This document shows positions 18,726 to 28,730 of a stretch of 64,000 nt of DNA, piece after piece. Each line of letters opens with the position of its first letter. Position 1 is the first letter of the stretch. The notes under the pieces are model-generated. The model made no database searches, had not been told where the DNA came from, and worked only from the letters and a program-made list of their open reading frames with translations. Source of the DNA: Candidatus Saccharimonadales bacterium (lineage in GTDB: Bacteria > Patescibacteriota > Saccharimonadia > QS-5-54-17); assembly GCA_040903985.1 (NCBI GenBank), contig JBBDUI010000002.1:390038-454037 (forward strand), written 5' to 3'. The position numbers were made by a program, and so were the translations under genes.

Positions 18726-20033
18726 TTATCTCCCAAGAAGTATAATTCTAGCCGCACGTTTTATTCGCTGTAGAAGAGGAAGGGTATTCCTCGGGGAAGC
18801 TACAGAGTCTTTGATAATCTGCTTCCTTAACGAGGGTACGTTCATAGTCTTTAAGTGGTCAACTAACTGGCTCAAGGTACTCTCCCAAGTAAAATGTTGC
18901 CTTTCCTGTTTGATATTATTAACAATTTTAGTATAAAAAGCCGTATCTGAATGCAGTTTAATAATTGCCTGGACGAATGCTTCTTCTGAGCGTTCGTCTA
19001 CCACTATACCAAGCTCTTTTTGCTCAATCTTTTCAGAGAGAAAATCGCCGCGCGGACAGATGGTTGGAAGAAGTGACCAAAAATGATCCAAGACTCTGGT
19101 TCTATGAGCTAATCTAGTTTCGGGCGATTCTTTGTCAGAGTAGATAGCGACATCTGCATCGAGCAAGTAGTTACCTCTCTCTTCGTAGGGAATCCACCCA
19201 TCAAGAAAGAAGACAGTTTTATCGGTAAGACCTAATTCTGATGCAAGTTTTCTTGCAAGTGTACTCTCATTCATTTCTTCTTTATAAATGGGATTAGGAT
19301 GCTTTGTCCCCAAGAAGACAAGCTTGATACTGTTATCAGATAACTTGCTCATCGCTCGGATGATTATCTGTGCATCAAACCAGTCCCAGATGCCTCCAGT
19401 CCAGAGCAGTACGAAATCTGATTTCTTTAAGCCCAACTTCTTGCGCAGCATAAGTTTAGATGATTTGGGGATGTTGGGGTCTATTCCCATGGGGCCGATA
19501 ATAAAGTTGTCTTGTCGCGATTTTTTTTTGAATGTGCCTACATCAAGCAGATTCATCGCAGCAGTGTACCCGGTCCAGAAATCTCGTTGTCGCTCATTGG
19601 AGCACACAAACAGCTGCCCAGTGCTTAAGTAGCGTCTATACATTTCTATTACCGATTCGTAGTTACTGATTTGTAGTGGAGAAGGTTCAGATTTAGCAAA
19701 TGCTAAGTTTGCTAAATACTCGACAGGCACAGGAGCGTAGAGATCAAAGATTACAATGACTCCCCTCGCCTTGGCATAATCAAGCATAGAGTCGCTTAGC
19801 CATTGGGCAAATACTACGTCGGCGTCATCAAAGTGTTCTCGGTAGTCATTGCTATCGGGGTTAATGGCCGTTATATTTTCGTGGTTGTCTGCACCGTGTT
19901 TTGAAAACACTCCGAGCGTTACACTGAAATCATTTTCGAGTACTTTAGCGATATTCTGGTATCGTATGCCCGGGCCGGCCATTTTTTCGCCGATAACATC
20001 ATGACACAGAATTAGAATTTTGAGTTTTGCCAA
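18726..20033 (-). CDS. glycosyltransferase, GT-B fold (GT4-like) candidate
   Basis: 435-aa soluble protein within the glycan operon with a Rossmann-like two-domain layout. Weak motif support only. Confidence 0.4.
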   Translation of the reverse strand: MAKLKILILCHDVIGEKMAGPGIRYQNIAKVLENDFSVTLGVFSKHGADNHENITAINPDSNDYREHFDDADVVFAQWLSDSMLDYAKARGVIVIFDLYAPVPVEYLANLAFAKSEPSPLQISNYESVIEMYRRYLSTGQLFVCSNERQRDFWTGYTAAMNLLDVGTFKKKSRQDNFIIGPMGIDPNIPKSSKLMLRKKLGLKKSDFVLLWTGGIWDWFDAQIIIRAMSKLSDNSIKLVFLGTKHPNPIYKEEMNESTLARKLASELGLTDKTVFFLDGWIPYEERGNYLLDADVAIYSDKESPETRLAHRTRVLDHFWSLLPTICPRGDFLSEKIEQKELGIVVDERSEEAFVQAIIKLHSDTAFYTKIVNNIKQERQHFTWESTLSQLVDHLKTMNVPSLRKQIIKDSVASPRNTLPLLQRIKRAARIILLGR

Positions 20034-20081
20034 GGGAAAGCTCTCCTAAGGTATGGACTTATTCTCCGTCCATTATACAGA

Positions 20082-22124
20082 CTAAGGAGTCACGGTAATA
20101 GGGAAGGACAGGCCCTGGTTGGGGAATACTACTAGTCCATCTAAGACCAGGTTAAATCTCTCTACGTACTGACCGGGCGTATTCGGAGCCGTAAAAGTAA
20201 TATCATAGGTAGCATTTTTGCCTGGTCCTGCAATTTTTGTGGCAGCACTTATCTGGTTCTTTGAACCGAGCCACTCCCAGGTAGAGCTCGCAAATGCAGA
20301 GTTACGATAGCCTGGATCCCAGGTAAGCATACGTACATCTCTTAAGGGTCCTTGAGCTGGGTCATCACTCGGGACTTTACGGCGTGCATTGCGCCAAATC
20401 ATATTACCCTCATTCCGGACCGTAACAGAAAAGGTAGCCTGCTCACCTGTAGAAAGAGTAGAGGGAACTCCTGAGGTGCTTACGATTGAATATCTCGGAA
20501 TGATAGGTGGAACACTTATAGTAACGGGTATATTCAATCCGGGGATAAATTTTTCTCCGTCGAGCACTAACCTAAAGTTATGTTCATGTTCTTTGATCTC
20601 TTGGTACGGCGCAAAAATAGTAGCTCTGAATGTTCCCACTTCTCCCGGTGCTACTTTGGGTTCCTGCAGTTTTATCTGATTTCTTGTACCAAGCCAAGCG
20701 GAAGATGTGCGAGGGTAAGCAAAAGGACTGTTTCGATACCCACTCGCAGCGAGTCGTATCGGACGCACTCCCGGTGGGCGGTTATCGTCTGAGTGCCACG
20801 TTTCTACCCCGGTATTCTTAAGTTTAACAGTTATAAAGTTTCCGTCGCCCGGTAAAATCCCCCGCGGCGCTTCAATAGATACAGTTTCATAAGCATAGTC
20901 TGGGATAGATTTAACCGCAACGGACATTACTGTATCGGTGTAGACCCTGACACCATTGTGGACTAGGACCATATCTATAGTGTGCGAAAGAGATTGCTGC
21001 GGGGCTTTTAAGGTAAAGTTGAATGTCGCTATTTGGCCAGGCGCAACCGACGCCTCGACCATCTTTACTTGATTCTGTGTTCCCATCCAGGCTGGATCTG
21101 AAGTATTGGCAAATACAGTATTCTTGTAACCCGTAGTCATAAGCCGGAAAGCACGCTGGCCTTGAGGTAGGTTGCCATCTGAATACCAAGTCAGAGATGA
21201 GTTATTCTTAATTTTAAATTGCACCGAGACAACCTCTCCGTAGGCGATTTCGCCATCAGGCAGAGTTTGTGATTCTAATGTGTAGAACGGTCCAGAGGTA
21301 CTGCCAAACCAGTTCGTAAAAAAGAACCAGAAGTTACGATTGCCATAGGAACTACATCTGTCTCCGGTCCCAGGGAAAGCGTCTAATGAAGCCTGGTTGG
21401 GCTGATATGGCGTGTATGAATATAAAGATGCAGTGGCACGGTTCTTTATATTCACATTAGTGCTGCCACAGTAGTTGATATCCGGATTATTCTTATACTG
21501 GCCATAGTATTCATCACATCCGCCCCCAGATGCGGGTACTCTACATGGGCCAGGGTGGAAATATACTTTACGTACCCCTGGAGAGTATGGCACGTAGGTT
21601 AGGTTATCGTCATAGAATCCTCTGAAGTGCCAAACGCCGTAATCGATTTGTCGCGTGAATCCATAAGCGGACACACTGCAAGGCTCGGTGTCGGGACAGC
21701 CGTACCCAAGAGCTGTATTGTAGCGCCAGGAAGGGCAGTCGTTGCGGGTGATTAATCTCTGTTCTTTCTCTAATGTCGCAAGTATTACCTGAGGATTTAT
21801 ATCGTATATTTGTGCCGCTTGATAAATAAGCTTAGAAGCGAGTACCTTATTATTATCATTGCCCCTTCCATACGGTTCATCTCCATAGCCATCATTATTG
21901 TCGTCATATAATGCTAGGGTTCTAAAGTCTTTAAGGCACGTCGATCCTTTCGCTTCTAGAAAGGCTTGTATTTGGCTTTCCGACATAGCGTTTTTATTCG
22001 TAAAGACGGTGTCATCGATAATACGGCCTGGATCGAAAGTGGCGGCTTGTACTTTTGGAGCCGCAGCTATGAGCGATATTCCAAGAATGAGTACCGCTAG
22101 AGATAGTATGCGTATTATTCTCAT
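20082..22124 (-). CDS. secreted protein: Cys/Tyr-rich N-domain + three tandem ~110-aa beta-sandwich-like repeats
   Basis: Signal peptide (LILGISLIAAAPKVQA). Three repeats share W.SD.N.P.G.R..RL...GY.N..FA......W.G..NQ.K. No catalytic motif recognised. Confidence 0.5.
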   Translation of the reverse strand: MRIIRILSLAVLILGISLIAAAPKVQAATFDPGRIIDDTVFTNKNAMSESQIQAFLEAKGSTCLKDFRTLALYDDNNDGYGDEPYGRGNDNNKVLASKLIYQAAQIYDINPQVILATLEKEQRLITRNDCPSWRYNTALGYGCPDTEPCSVSAYGFTRQIDYGVWHFRGFYDDNLTYVPYSPGVRKVYFHPGPCRVPASGGGCDEYYGQYKNNPDINYCGSTNVNIKNRATASLYSYTPYQPNQASLDAFPGTGDRCSSYGNRNFWFFFTNWFGSTSGPFYTLESQTLPDGEIAYGEVVSVQFKIKNNSSLTWYSDGNLPQGQRAFRLMTTGYKNTVFANTSDPAWMGTQNQVKMVEASVAPGQIATFNFTLKAPQQSLSHTIDMVLVHNGVRVYTDTVMSVAVKSIPDYAYETVSIEAPRGILPGDGNFITVKLKNTGVETWHSDDNRPPGVRPIRLAASGYRNSPFAYPRTSSAWLGTRNQIKLQEPKVAPGEVGTFRATIFAPYQEIKEHEHNFRLVLDGEKFIPGLNIPVTISVPPIIPRYSIVSTSGVPSTLSTGEQATFSVTVRNEGNMIWRNARRKVPSDDPAQGPLRDVRMLTWDPGYRNSAFASSTWEWLGSKNQISAATKIAGPGKNATYDITFTAPNTPGQYVERFNLVLDGLVVFPNQGLSFPITVTP

Positions 22125-22125
22125 A

Positions 22126-22686
22126 CTACTTCACCGTTACCTTATAAGTATCAGATGAGACAGATTGGTTACCCTGTAGATGGGCGACAGAGACTTTCCA
22201 TTCTCCCATGGCGGGTAATTCAGCAATAGGAATTCTGAAACCATCACAGGCATAATAATTAGGTCCGACGACGACTTCAGCACTACGCACTATACTTTCA
22301 TGGCCTGCTTTCTCCAGAGTGAGCCTACATGTACCACTTGATATTGTATTGAATATGGCAGATACCCGAATAGCATCACCCGATTGCTCGTAGCGAGTAA
22401 TATGCGGTTTCTCGATGGGTGGATTCTCTGGCGGTTGTTCCTCTGGTTCAACTCTTTTATCTCCATCTGGTTGGACATTCTTCGCGTCATTATTTCGATC
22501 TTCCGGAACTTGATCTTCGTCAACACGGTCATTGCTATCGCTATAGTCGGATGTACTAGAGTTAGAATCTTGTGCAGTATCGGAATTTATCTTAGAGGTA
22601 TCAGACTGCATTACAGCATACCCCACACCCAGGGTGAGAATGGCTACTGCGATAATTGATATAGTGAGTCTTTTGTTCATCTTCAT
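22126..22686 (-). CDS. small secreted/membrane-anchored protein, Asp/Ser-rich low-complexity linker
   Basis: N-terminal signal anchor, acidic S/D-rich region, C-terminal Cys pair. 1-nt gap to the upstream gene. Confidence 0.4.
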   Translation of the reverse strand: MKMNKRLTISIIAVAILTLGVGYAVMQSDTSKINSDTAQDSNSSTSDYSDSNDRVDEDQVPEDRNNDAKNVQPDGDKRVEPEEQPPENPPIEKPHITRYEQSGDAIRVSAIFNTISSGTCRLTLEKAGHESIVRSAEVVVGPNYYACDGFRIPIAELPAMGEWKVSVAHLQGNQSVSSDTYKVTVK

Positions 22687-22785
22687 AATTTACCTGGGAG
22701 TTTTTATTTTATAGCACTTTCTTTATGTATCAATATAAGCATAAAAACCATTAAAAAACAAGCAAATAACTCCTATCGATGGCTG

Positions 22786-24669
22786 CTAGTTAAGTTCATA
22801 TACTGAATAATATTCTGACTTAAAAATCGTATCGAGAGAAAACTCCGTCGCAAAGCTTTTTATGTAGGTATTCCTCTGCGGAGAGATCATATAATCTACT
22901 TTATATTTTTTAAGAAGTTGCATAAATCTATCTTGTGAGATGCTATGCGTATCGGTGTTATTTATTATGTTAAACATAAGCCGAAGTTCGTTATACTCGG
23001 TAGTCCCTGCTGGATGATAGGATGGAATATAAAATTTTCGTGATACCAGTAGCTGATGCTTTGATGTGAAATTATGTAGGTAAACTGCAGGGCTCGATGC
23101 AGCCAAGATGACACCTTGGGGTTGCTCAGTAAGTTCGTTTGCCACTTCACTAACACCGACAGGAGCCTTGTGCCGAGAATTATCAAATGTACTGTCTGGG
23201 TGGCTATAGATAAAAGTACCAGCCCCTATGTACACAAGCGAGACAGCTACAATAACCCCGATTCTCGTTAGATCCACTGCTTTCGGAAGAATCCTTGCAA
23301 AGGCCTCATTAATAAAACTATATATATGCACCCCGGCAATTGGGACCATGATAGTTATGGGTATAATCCAAAATAGACGCCAGTAGGTGTTGGTGGTTAT
23401 GTACGTGTATAGGGGTTCAAATAGTAGTGGGTTCAATATGGTTGCGAAAAGTGCGGCAGGAAAGATTATCACAAGGGTAACTATGCGCATATCTATCTTT
23501 TTCTTTAAAGATAAACAGGCTCCAAGTAGTACTACGTACAAGTAGCGGGTACCACCGATGAAACGTTGTAGATAATTTCCGTATGTACGACCGTCGGGAA
23601 GTATCTTGGGGTCTAACGAACCACCAACGCCACTACTAACCATAAGTTTTGCAGCAACACCCATAATTATGACTGGCAAGAGTGTTGCAGATAGCTTTAA
23701 AGCAGAACTAAAGTTACGGTACTTAATTACAGTTAGGGCGCCAAACACCCCTATAGGCGTTGCCCCAAGAAAGATAATGGCAGGGTTTAATGCCATGCCG
23801 GCAATTAATAGGACGCCGATAGAAATGTACGCCTCTTTATTATCGGGTCGATTATATGTAGCCAGGAGGGAATTCAGTAACATTGGGAGAATAAGCGCAG
23901 CTAGGATTGCTTTGCCTTGCCACGAACGAGTCATAAGGAAAGATCCTTGTGAGTATATTGAGAATCCACTAAATAATAGGAATATAAACAGAAGCAGCAG
24001 CGCAAGATAAGTGTACTCGTCAGAGCGTAAAAGATCTTTATAGATATACTTATGGGCAGAAAAGACGAGAATCATGATGAGCATCGGAATAAGACTATGG
24101 GCAAACTCGACTGCAGTTAGTTGAAAGCTGTGAGCCATAGATGCCTGGAGAAGCTCCCATGACTGGAATATGTATGCCTTCGATATGGGGAATTCAGCAT
24201 TTCCGGTTGATGGATCATACAGGTACAGTTGATCGGTACCTATGCTTTGCTCCGTTAGGCTAACATAAAACGCATCATCGGCGTCATACTTTACATAGAA
24301 TTGAGCTAATCCAATCGAGACAAGCAGAGAGATGATGGCAAATATGGCCATAAGCGACGGTTTTTTAAACGCAATTTCTCCGTCTCTTATTTTTTTAATA
24401 AAAATTACCAATCCATATATCAATACGACGGTATTTAAAGCAAGAAAAACGGCATAGAAGGCATAGAAGGCTAAATGATTTAATATAAACGGGAGTGCGA
24501 GTAGCTCATTAACTGCTAAAAATAGTACAAATCCCCCTGCGATACTTTGAAGCTGAGGGGCGATATGCCGCTTGGCTAACAGCCCATACGAGTAAAAGAG
24601 CGCAATCAGAATAGATGTTGTAGCAAAAAGATGAAGCAGGAACATGGGTGTAATGGTTGTCTCACTCAT
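22786..24669 (-). CDS. polytopic membrane protein (627 aa), GT-C-like glycosyltransferase/polymerase candidate
   Basis: More than 12 TM helices, a YDADDAFY acidic loop motif, and a C-terminal soluble domain of about 150 aa. Confidence 0.35.
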   Translation of the reverse strand: MSETTITPMFLLHLFATTSILIALFYSYGLLAKRHIAPQLQSIAGGFVLFLAVNELLALPFILNHLAFYAFYAVFLALNTVVLIYGLVIFIKKIRDGEIAFKKPSLMAIFAIISLLVSIGLAQFYVKYDADDAFYVSLTEQSIGTDQLYLYDPSTGNAEFPISKAYIFQSWELLQASMAHSFQLTAVEFAHSLIPMLIMILVFSAHKYIYKDLLRSDEYTYLALLLLFIFLLFSGFSIYSQGSFLMTRSWQGKAILAALILPMLLNSLLATYNRPDNKEAYISIGVLLIAGMALNPAIIFLGATPIGVFGALTVIKYRNFSSALKLSATLLPVIIMGVAAKLMVSSGVGGSLDPKILPDGRTYGNYLQRFIGGTRYLYVVLLGACLSLKKKIDMRIVTLVIIFPAALFATILNPLLFEPLYTYITTNTYWRLFWIIPITIMVPIAGVHIYSFINEAFARILPKAVDLTRIGVIVAVSLVYIGAGTFIYSHPDSTFDNSRHKAPVGVSEVANELTEQPQGVILAASSPAVYLHNFTSKHQLLVSRKFYIPSYHPAGTTEYNELRLMFNIINNTDTHSISQDRFMQLLKKYKVDYMISPQRNTYIKSFATEFSLDTIFKSEYYSVYELN

Positions 24670-24761
24670 AATACAAATTGCAAATATAGATTTTCAGTTT
24701 ATAGAGCACATTTTTCTCCTATGATACACTGTACAGGTAAAGAATAAAGAGTGATAACGAG

Positions 24762-25742
24762 TTGAAATTAATTGTTTTTTCAATCTGCAAAAATGAAGCT
24801 AAAACCATTGGCAAGGTGCTTGATTTAGTACCAGAAACCATCCCGGGTATTCACACAATTGAAAAATGGGTACTAAGTGATGGCAGTACTGATGGGACGG
24901 TTGATGTAGCCGAACGACATGGCGCCAAGGTGATTGATGGTCGTTATCAAAAACGTTTGGCTTACCGATTTCAAGAGGCGGTAGATATAGCTTTGCACGC
25001 AAAAGCCGACGTAATGGTCAACATCGACGGGGATCTTCAGTTTGACCCACGCGATATTCCGCGGCTAATAGAGCCGATACTGAAGGATGGTTACGATTTT
25101 GTTGCTGCTGATAGGTTCACCGATTCTGAAACTGGGAAAAAAAGAAGACCAGAGAATATGCCAGCTAGTAAATATTGGGCAAACAGACTAGGCGCTCGAG
25201 TCGTAAGTATACTTACTAAAGAGAAGTTCAATGATGTTACCTGCGGATTCAGGGCGTATAATCGGCGGGCCCTGCTGGGCATAAATCTAAATGGAAAGTA
25301 CACTTACACCCAAGAGTCTTTCCAGGTGTTAGCTATGAAAAGAATGAATATTGCCACTATTCCGCTAGGTGTAAAGTACTACCCGGATCGAAAATCTCGA
25401 GTCGTTACTAATTTTACACAATTCTTGTTTGGCAGTGGTTTAAATATATTGAGAGCCTATAGGGACTTTGCGCCTTTGCGTTTCTTCGGACTGCTCAGCT
25501 TTGTAAGTGCACTAGCGGGAATAATACTATTAACATTTCTCGGCGTTCATTGGCTCCAAGAAGGGAAATTGACACCATATAAATCTGTAGGGTTCATAGG
25601 TATTTATTTTGTAACAGTGGGACTATTTATGCTTGGACTCGGACTAGTTGCTGACATGCTGCAAAGATTGAATAATAACCAGGAAAAAATACTGGAAAAA
25701 GTTAAAACTATAGAGTTAATGACTTCTGAAGAAAATGAATAG
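24762..25742 (+). CDS. polyprenyl-phosphate glycosyltransferase, GT2 (GtrB/DPM1-like) with two C-terminal TM helices
   Basis: GT2 core (VLSDGSTDGT...NIDGDLQFDP) plus a C-terminal pair of TM helices typical of GtrB-type enzymes. Confidence 0.7.
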   Translation: MKLIVFSICKNEAKTIGKVLDLVPETIPGIHTIEKWVLSDGSTDGTVDVAERHGAKVIDGRYQKRLAYRFQEAVDIALHAKADVMVNIDGDLQFDPRDIPRLIEPILKDGYDFVAADRFTDSETGKKRRPENMPASKYWANRLGARVVSILTKEKFNDVTCGFRAYNRRALLGINLNGKYTYTQESFQVLAMKRMNIATIPLGVKYYPDRKSRVVTNFTQFLFGSGLNILRAYRDFAPLRFFGLLSFVSALAGIILLTFLGVHWLQEGKLTPYKSVGFIGIYFVTVGLFMLGLGLVADMLQRLNNNQEKILEKVKTIELMTSEENE

Positions 25743-26837
25743 ATGATTCATTTTGTAATAGGTACCAGGGCACAGTTATTTAAAATGGCTCCGATAATGT
25801 TGGAGTGTGAGAAACAGGGACTGGAGTGGCGTTGGATATATACCGCTCAACACAAAGAGACTATTGCTCAGTCACTCGAAACCTTCCAACTTCCGCTAGC
25901 AGACTACACAATCTTTGATTGGGACAGCGAAGCGAAAACCATGGGGAAAGTATGGTATTGGTTTCTGCGAATACTTCTTCAACTTAGTAAAGGAAAAAAG
26001 ATTTTTGCTGGGTATACCGGTAAAAAACATATTGTACTTACGCATGGCGATACATTAACGACATGGTGGGGGGCGTTGCTAGGTAGATTATACGGTTGTC
26101 AAGTTATGCACGTTGAGGCTGGGTTGCGTAGTTTCAATATTTTCAAACCCTTTCCCGAAGAGATAAATCGACTTATTACATTTCGTTTGGCTAATTACTA
26201 TGCCTGTCCAGGGGATTGGGCGGTAGAAAATCTCACTAAGTATAAGGGTGTAAAAATAAATACGCATCAAAATACACAACTAGACACTTTAATGTTTGGG
26301 CTGAAAAACTGTGACAGATCCGAAGCGGTGCTTCCAAATAGCAAGTATGTAGTTGCTAGTATCCATAGGTATGAGAACATATTTAATCAGAATAGGTTTT
26401 CAGATATCCTTGAAAAGATTAAATTTGTCTCAGATTCATTTATTGTCTTGTTTGTGCAACACCCAGCTACAGAGGAGCAACTTAAAAAATTTAATCTAAT
26501 GCAGAACATTAGTAACTCAAAGAAAATTAAACTACTGCCTAGACTTGAGTATCTCGACTTCATAAAGACTGTTAAACACAGCGAGTTTGTTATAACTGAT
26601 GGAGGCGGAAACCAAGAAGAGCTGTACCACATGGGAAAACCGACATTGATATTTAGAAACGAAACCGAGAGACAGGAGGGCTTAGGTGTGACTGCCGTGA
26701 TATCAAAGTTGGATGACAAGATTATAAATAGTTTCATTGATAATTATAAAGATTATGAAAGAAAGAAGCTGGTAGAGTACGAATCACCGTCTGAAATCAT
26801 AGCTAACCATCTTAAGGGTATGGGCTATGGCAAATAA
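25743..26837 (+). CDS. UDP-N-acetylglucosamine 2-epimerase (non-hydrolysing) family
   Basis: GTRAQLFKMAP, HGDT, HVEAGLRS, PFPEE..R, DGGGNQEE. Collinear with WecB. Confidence 0.75.
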   Translation: MIHFVIGTRAQLFKMAPIMLECEKQGLEWRWIYTAQHKETIAQSLETFQLPLADYTIFDWDSEAKTMGKVWYWFLRILLQLSKGKKIFAGYTGKKHIVLTHGDTLTTWWGALLGRLYGCQVMHVEAGLRSFNIFKPFPEEINRLITFRLANYYACPGDWAVENLTKYKGVKINTHQNTQLDTLMFGLKNCDRSEAVLPNSKYVVASIHRYENIFNQNRFSDILEKIKFVSDSFIVLFVQHPATEEQLKKFNLMQNISNSKKIKLLPRLEYLDFIKTVKHSEFVITDGGGNQEELYHMGKPTLIFRNETERQEGLGVTAVISKLDDKIINSFIDNYKDYERKKLVEYESPSEIIANHLKGMGYGK

Positions 26838-27816
26838 AGTATCCATTGTATTAGCAACATACACCGGTGAAGATCATATTGATGATTGCCTTCAAAGTTT
26901 ACTAGATCAAAATGCAGGAGACTACGAATTTGAAGTAGTAGTGGTCATTGACGGACCGAATAAAACACTAAGGCAGAAGGTAGAAACTAAGAACGATGAT
27001 TTTGTAGGAAGAGGAATACCATTTACCATTTTTCAGTTTGAAAAGAATCAAGGCAGGTATGTAGCAAGATTAAAAGGGGCACAAATTGCTAAGAATCCTC
27101 AGCTACTTCTTGTTGATGATAGAAGCTTGCTAGACGCTAACTATCTCAATGCGGTGGTTGAGTCAGGCGAAAGTTGTATTATATCGAATGCTATAGAGTC
27201 TGAGTCTCCGACATTGATTAGTCGGGTGCTGTATCTCTTACGCCGTAAAATTTATAGTGGTGGATGGGGTGAAAAGTTTGATTCTTACTATATAACGGAC
27301 CAAAATTTTGAGAAATCCCCAAAGGGTACTACAGGTTTTTGGGTTAGCAAGAAAATGTTCTTGGAAGCCTGTGCGGCAATCAAGGGGAAAAACCTAAAAT
27401 CAGTAAACGAAGACACTAAGCTATTTAAATATATACTGTCGCAAGGCAAAAAATTGTATAAGTCTAGCGAGGCGAAGGTATATTATCGCCCCAGAACTGA
27501 AGTAAGTGAGGAGCTCAGGCATCTTTACGGAAGGGGTCCAAGATTCGTTGACTATTACTTCCAGAAAGGGACACGCTATTATAAACATATTTGGCTCTTA
27601 GCAGTATTACTGCCTATTTTTACTGCTGCACTAGTGGCGCTCCCCCAATTATTTATAGGGGTAATCATAGGGTTCTCTATATCTACTATAGTTGTAGCGG
27701 TACTTATAGCTACAAGACTGAGGGATATCCTGGTGGTTATCGTCGGACTGCCTCTTGTGGTAGGTGCTTTTGTCGCTGGTGTTATAAAAGGGCTTGCCGC
27801 AAAAGCCCGGAGGTAA
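26827..27816 (+). CDS. glycosyltransferase family 2 with C-terminal TM helices
   Basis: VSIVLATYTGEDHIDDCLQSL GT2 start and a hydrophobic C-terminus. Overlaps the upstream gene by 11 nt. Confidence 0.65.
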   Translation: MANKVSIVLATYTGEDHIDDCLQSLLDQNAGDYEFEVVVVIDGPNKTLRQKVETKNDDFVGRGIPFTIFQFEKNQGRYVARLKGAQIAKNPQLLLVDDRSLLDANYLNAVVESGESCIISNAIESESPTLISRVLYLLRRKIYSGGWGEKFDSYYITDQNFEKSPKGTTGFWVSKKMFLEACAAIKGKNLKSVNEDTKLFKYILSQGKKLYKSSEAKVYYRPRTEVSEELRHLYGRGPRFVDYYFQKGTRYYKHIWLLAVLLPIFTAALVALPQLFIGVIIGFSISTIVVAVLIATRLRDILVVIVGLPLVVGAFVAGVIKGLAAKARR

Positions 27817-27880
27817 TAATTAAATTGCTGCAGTATTCAGCTATTGCTACACTGTGGAGAGTTCAAAGAAAGAGGAGTAC

Positions 27881-28660
27881 ATGAAAACATTCTTAGTTAC
27901 TGGGGGTGCAGGGTTCATTGGAAGCAACATAGCAAAGAAGCTTTCTGGAGCAGAAGACGCCGCAGTGGTTGGGGTGCGTCGCACTTTAGATAATCCCGTC
28001 TCCGTGCTAAGAGACATAGATGGGATTAAAAATATTCTCGATCTTTCTAAGAATACAGGAGTAAAGAGAGTTTTCTTCGCTTCTTCATCAGAGGTTTATG
28101 GTGAGCCAGTTGAAATGCCACAGCATGAGGAGAGAACTCCGCTTAACTCACGTCTACCGTATGCCATTGTTAAAAATGTCGGAGAAGCATTCCTGCGCTC
28201 ATATAAACAAGAATTCGGCTTAGACTATACGATATTTAGGTTTTTTAATACATACGGCCCAGGGCAGAGTGCAGATTTTGTGATGTCTAAATTTATAGAT
28301 GCTGCCTTAGCTGGAAGTGATATAACTATCTATGGAGATGGGATGCAGTCTCGTACTTTTTGCTATGTGGATGACAATATTGAGGCAACTACGAATGCAA
28401 TTACAGACGAGAGTACGGTCGATAGGGTCATTAATATAGGTAACGACCAGGAGACTTCTATACTTAGCTTGGCAGAAAAGATAATTTCGCTGATTGGTTC
28501 AAAGTCGAAGATTGTGCATCTCCCGCCCTTAAAAGAGGGAGACATGACACGGCGACAGCCTGACATAAGTGAGATGAGTAAGCTTCTTGGACGAGACCTC
28601 ACGCCACTAGATAAAGGAATTGAGAAGCTGTTAGAGTATAAAGTTCACCATAGCAATTAA
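27881..28660 (+). CDS. NAD-dependent epimerase/dehydratase (extended SDR) family, apparently internally shortened
   Basis: GGAGFIGS Rossmann motif, FASSSEVYG, catalytic PYAIVK (YxxxK). Only about 260 aa versus the usual 310-330, and about 60 aa appear missing after the first beta-alpha unit. AAGAGGAG RBS before the ATG at 27881. Confidence 0.6.
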   Translation: MKTFLVTGGAGFIGSNIAKKLSGAEDAAVVGVRRTLDNPVSVLRDIDGIKNILDLSKNTGVKRVFFASSSEVYGEPVEMPQHEERTPLNSRLPYAIVKNVGEAFLRSYKQEFGLDYTIFRFFNTYGPGQSADFVMSKFIDAALAGSDITIYGDGMQSRTFCYVDDNIEATTNAITDESTVDRVINIGNDQETSILSLAEKIISLIGSKSKIVHLPPLKEGDMTRRQPDISEMSKLLGRDLTPLDKGIEKLLEYKVHHSN

Positions 28661-28730
28661 AAAAAGAGCGATTTTTTATACTTTAGTCATCGATGATAAA
28701 GTAAAAGAAGGAATTTACATTGGAGTAAGT

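Noticed and set aside
18722-18757. N-terminal extension (MRLELYFLGDKG) of the dual-GT2 protein
   Set aside because: It would overlap the stop of the upstream gene by 32 nt. The MNDKLPLVSIVIV start at 18721 gives a canonical GT2 N-terminus and a 4-nt intergenic gap.
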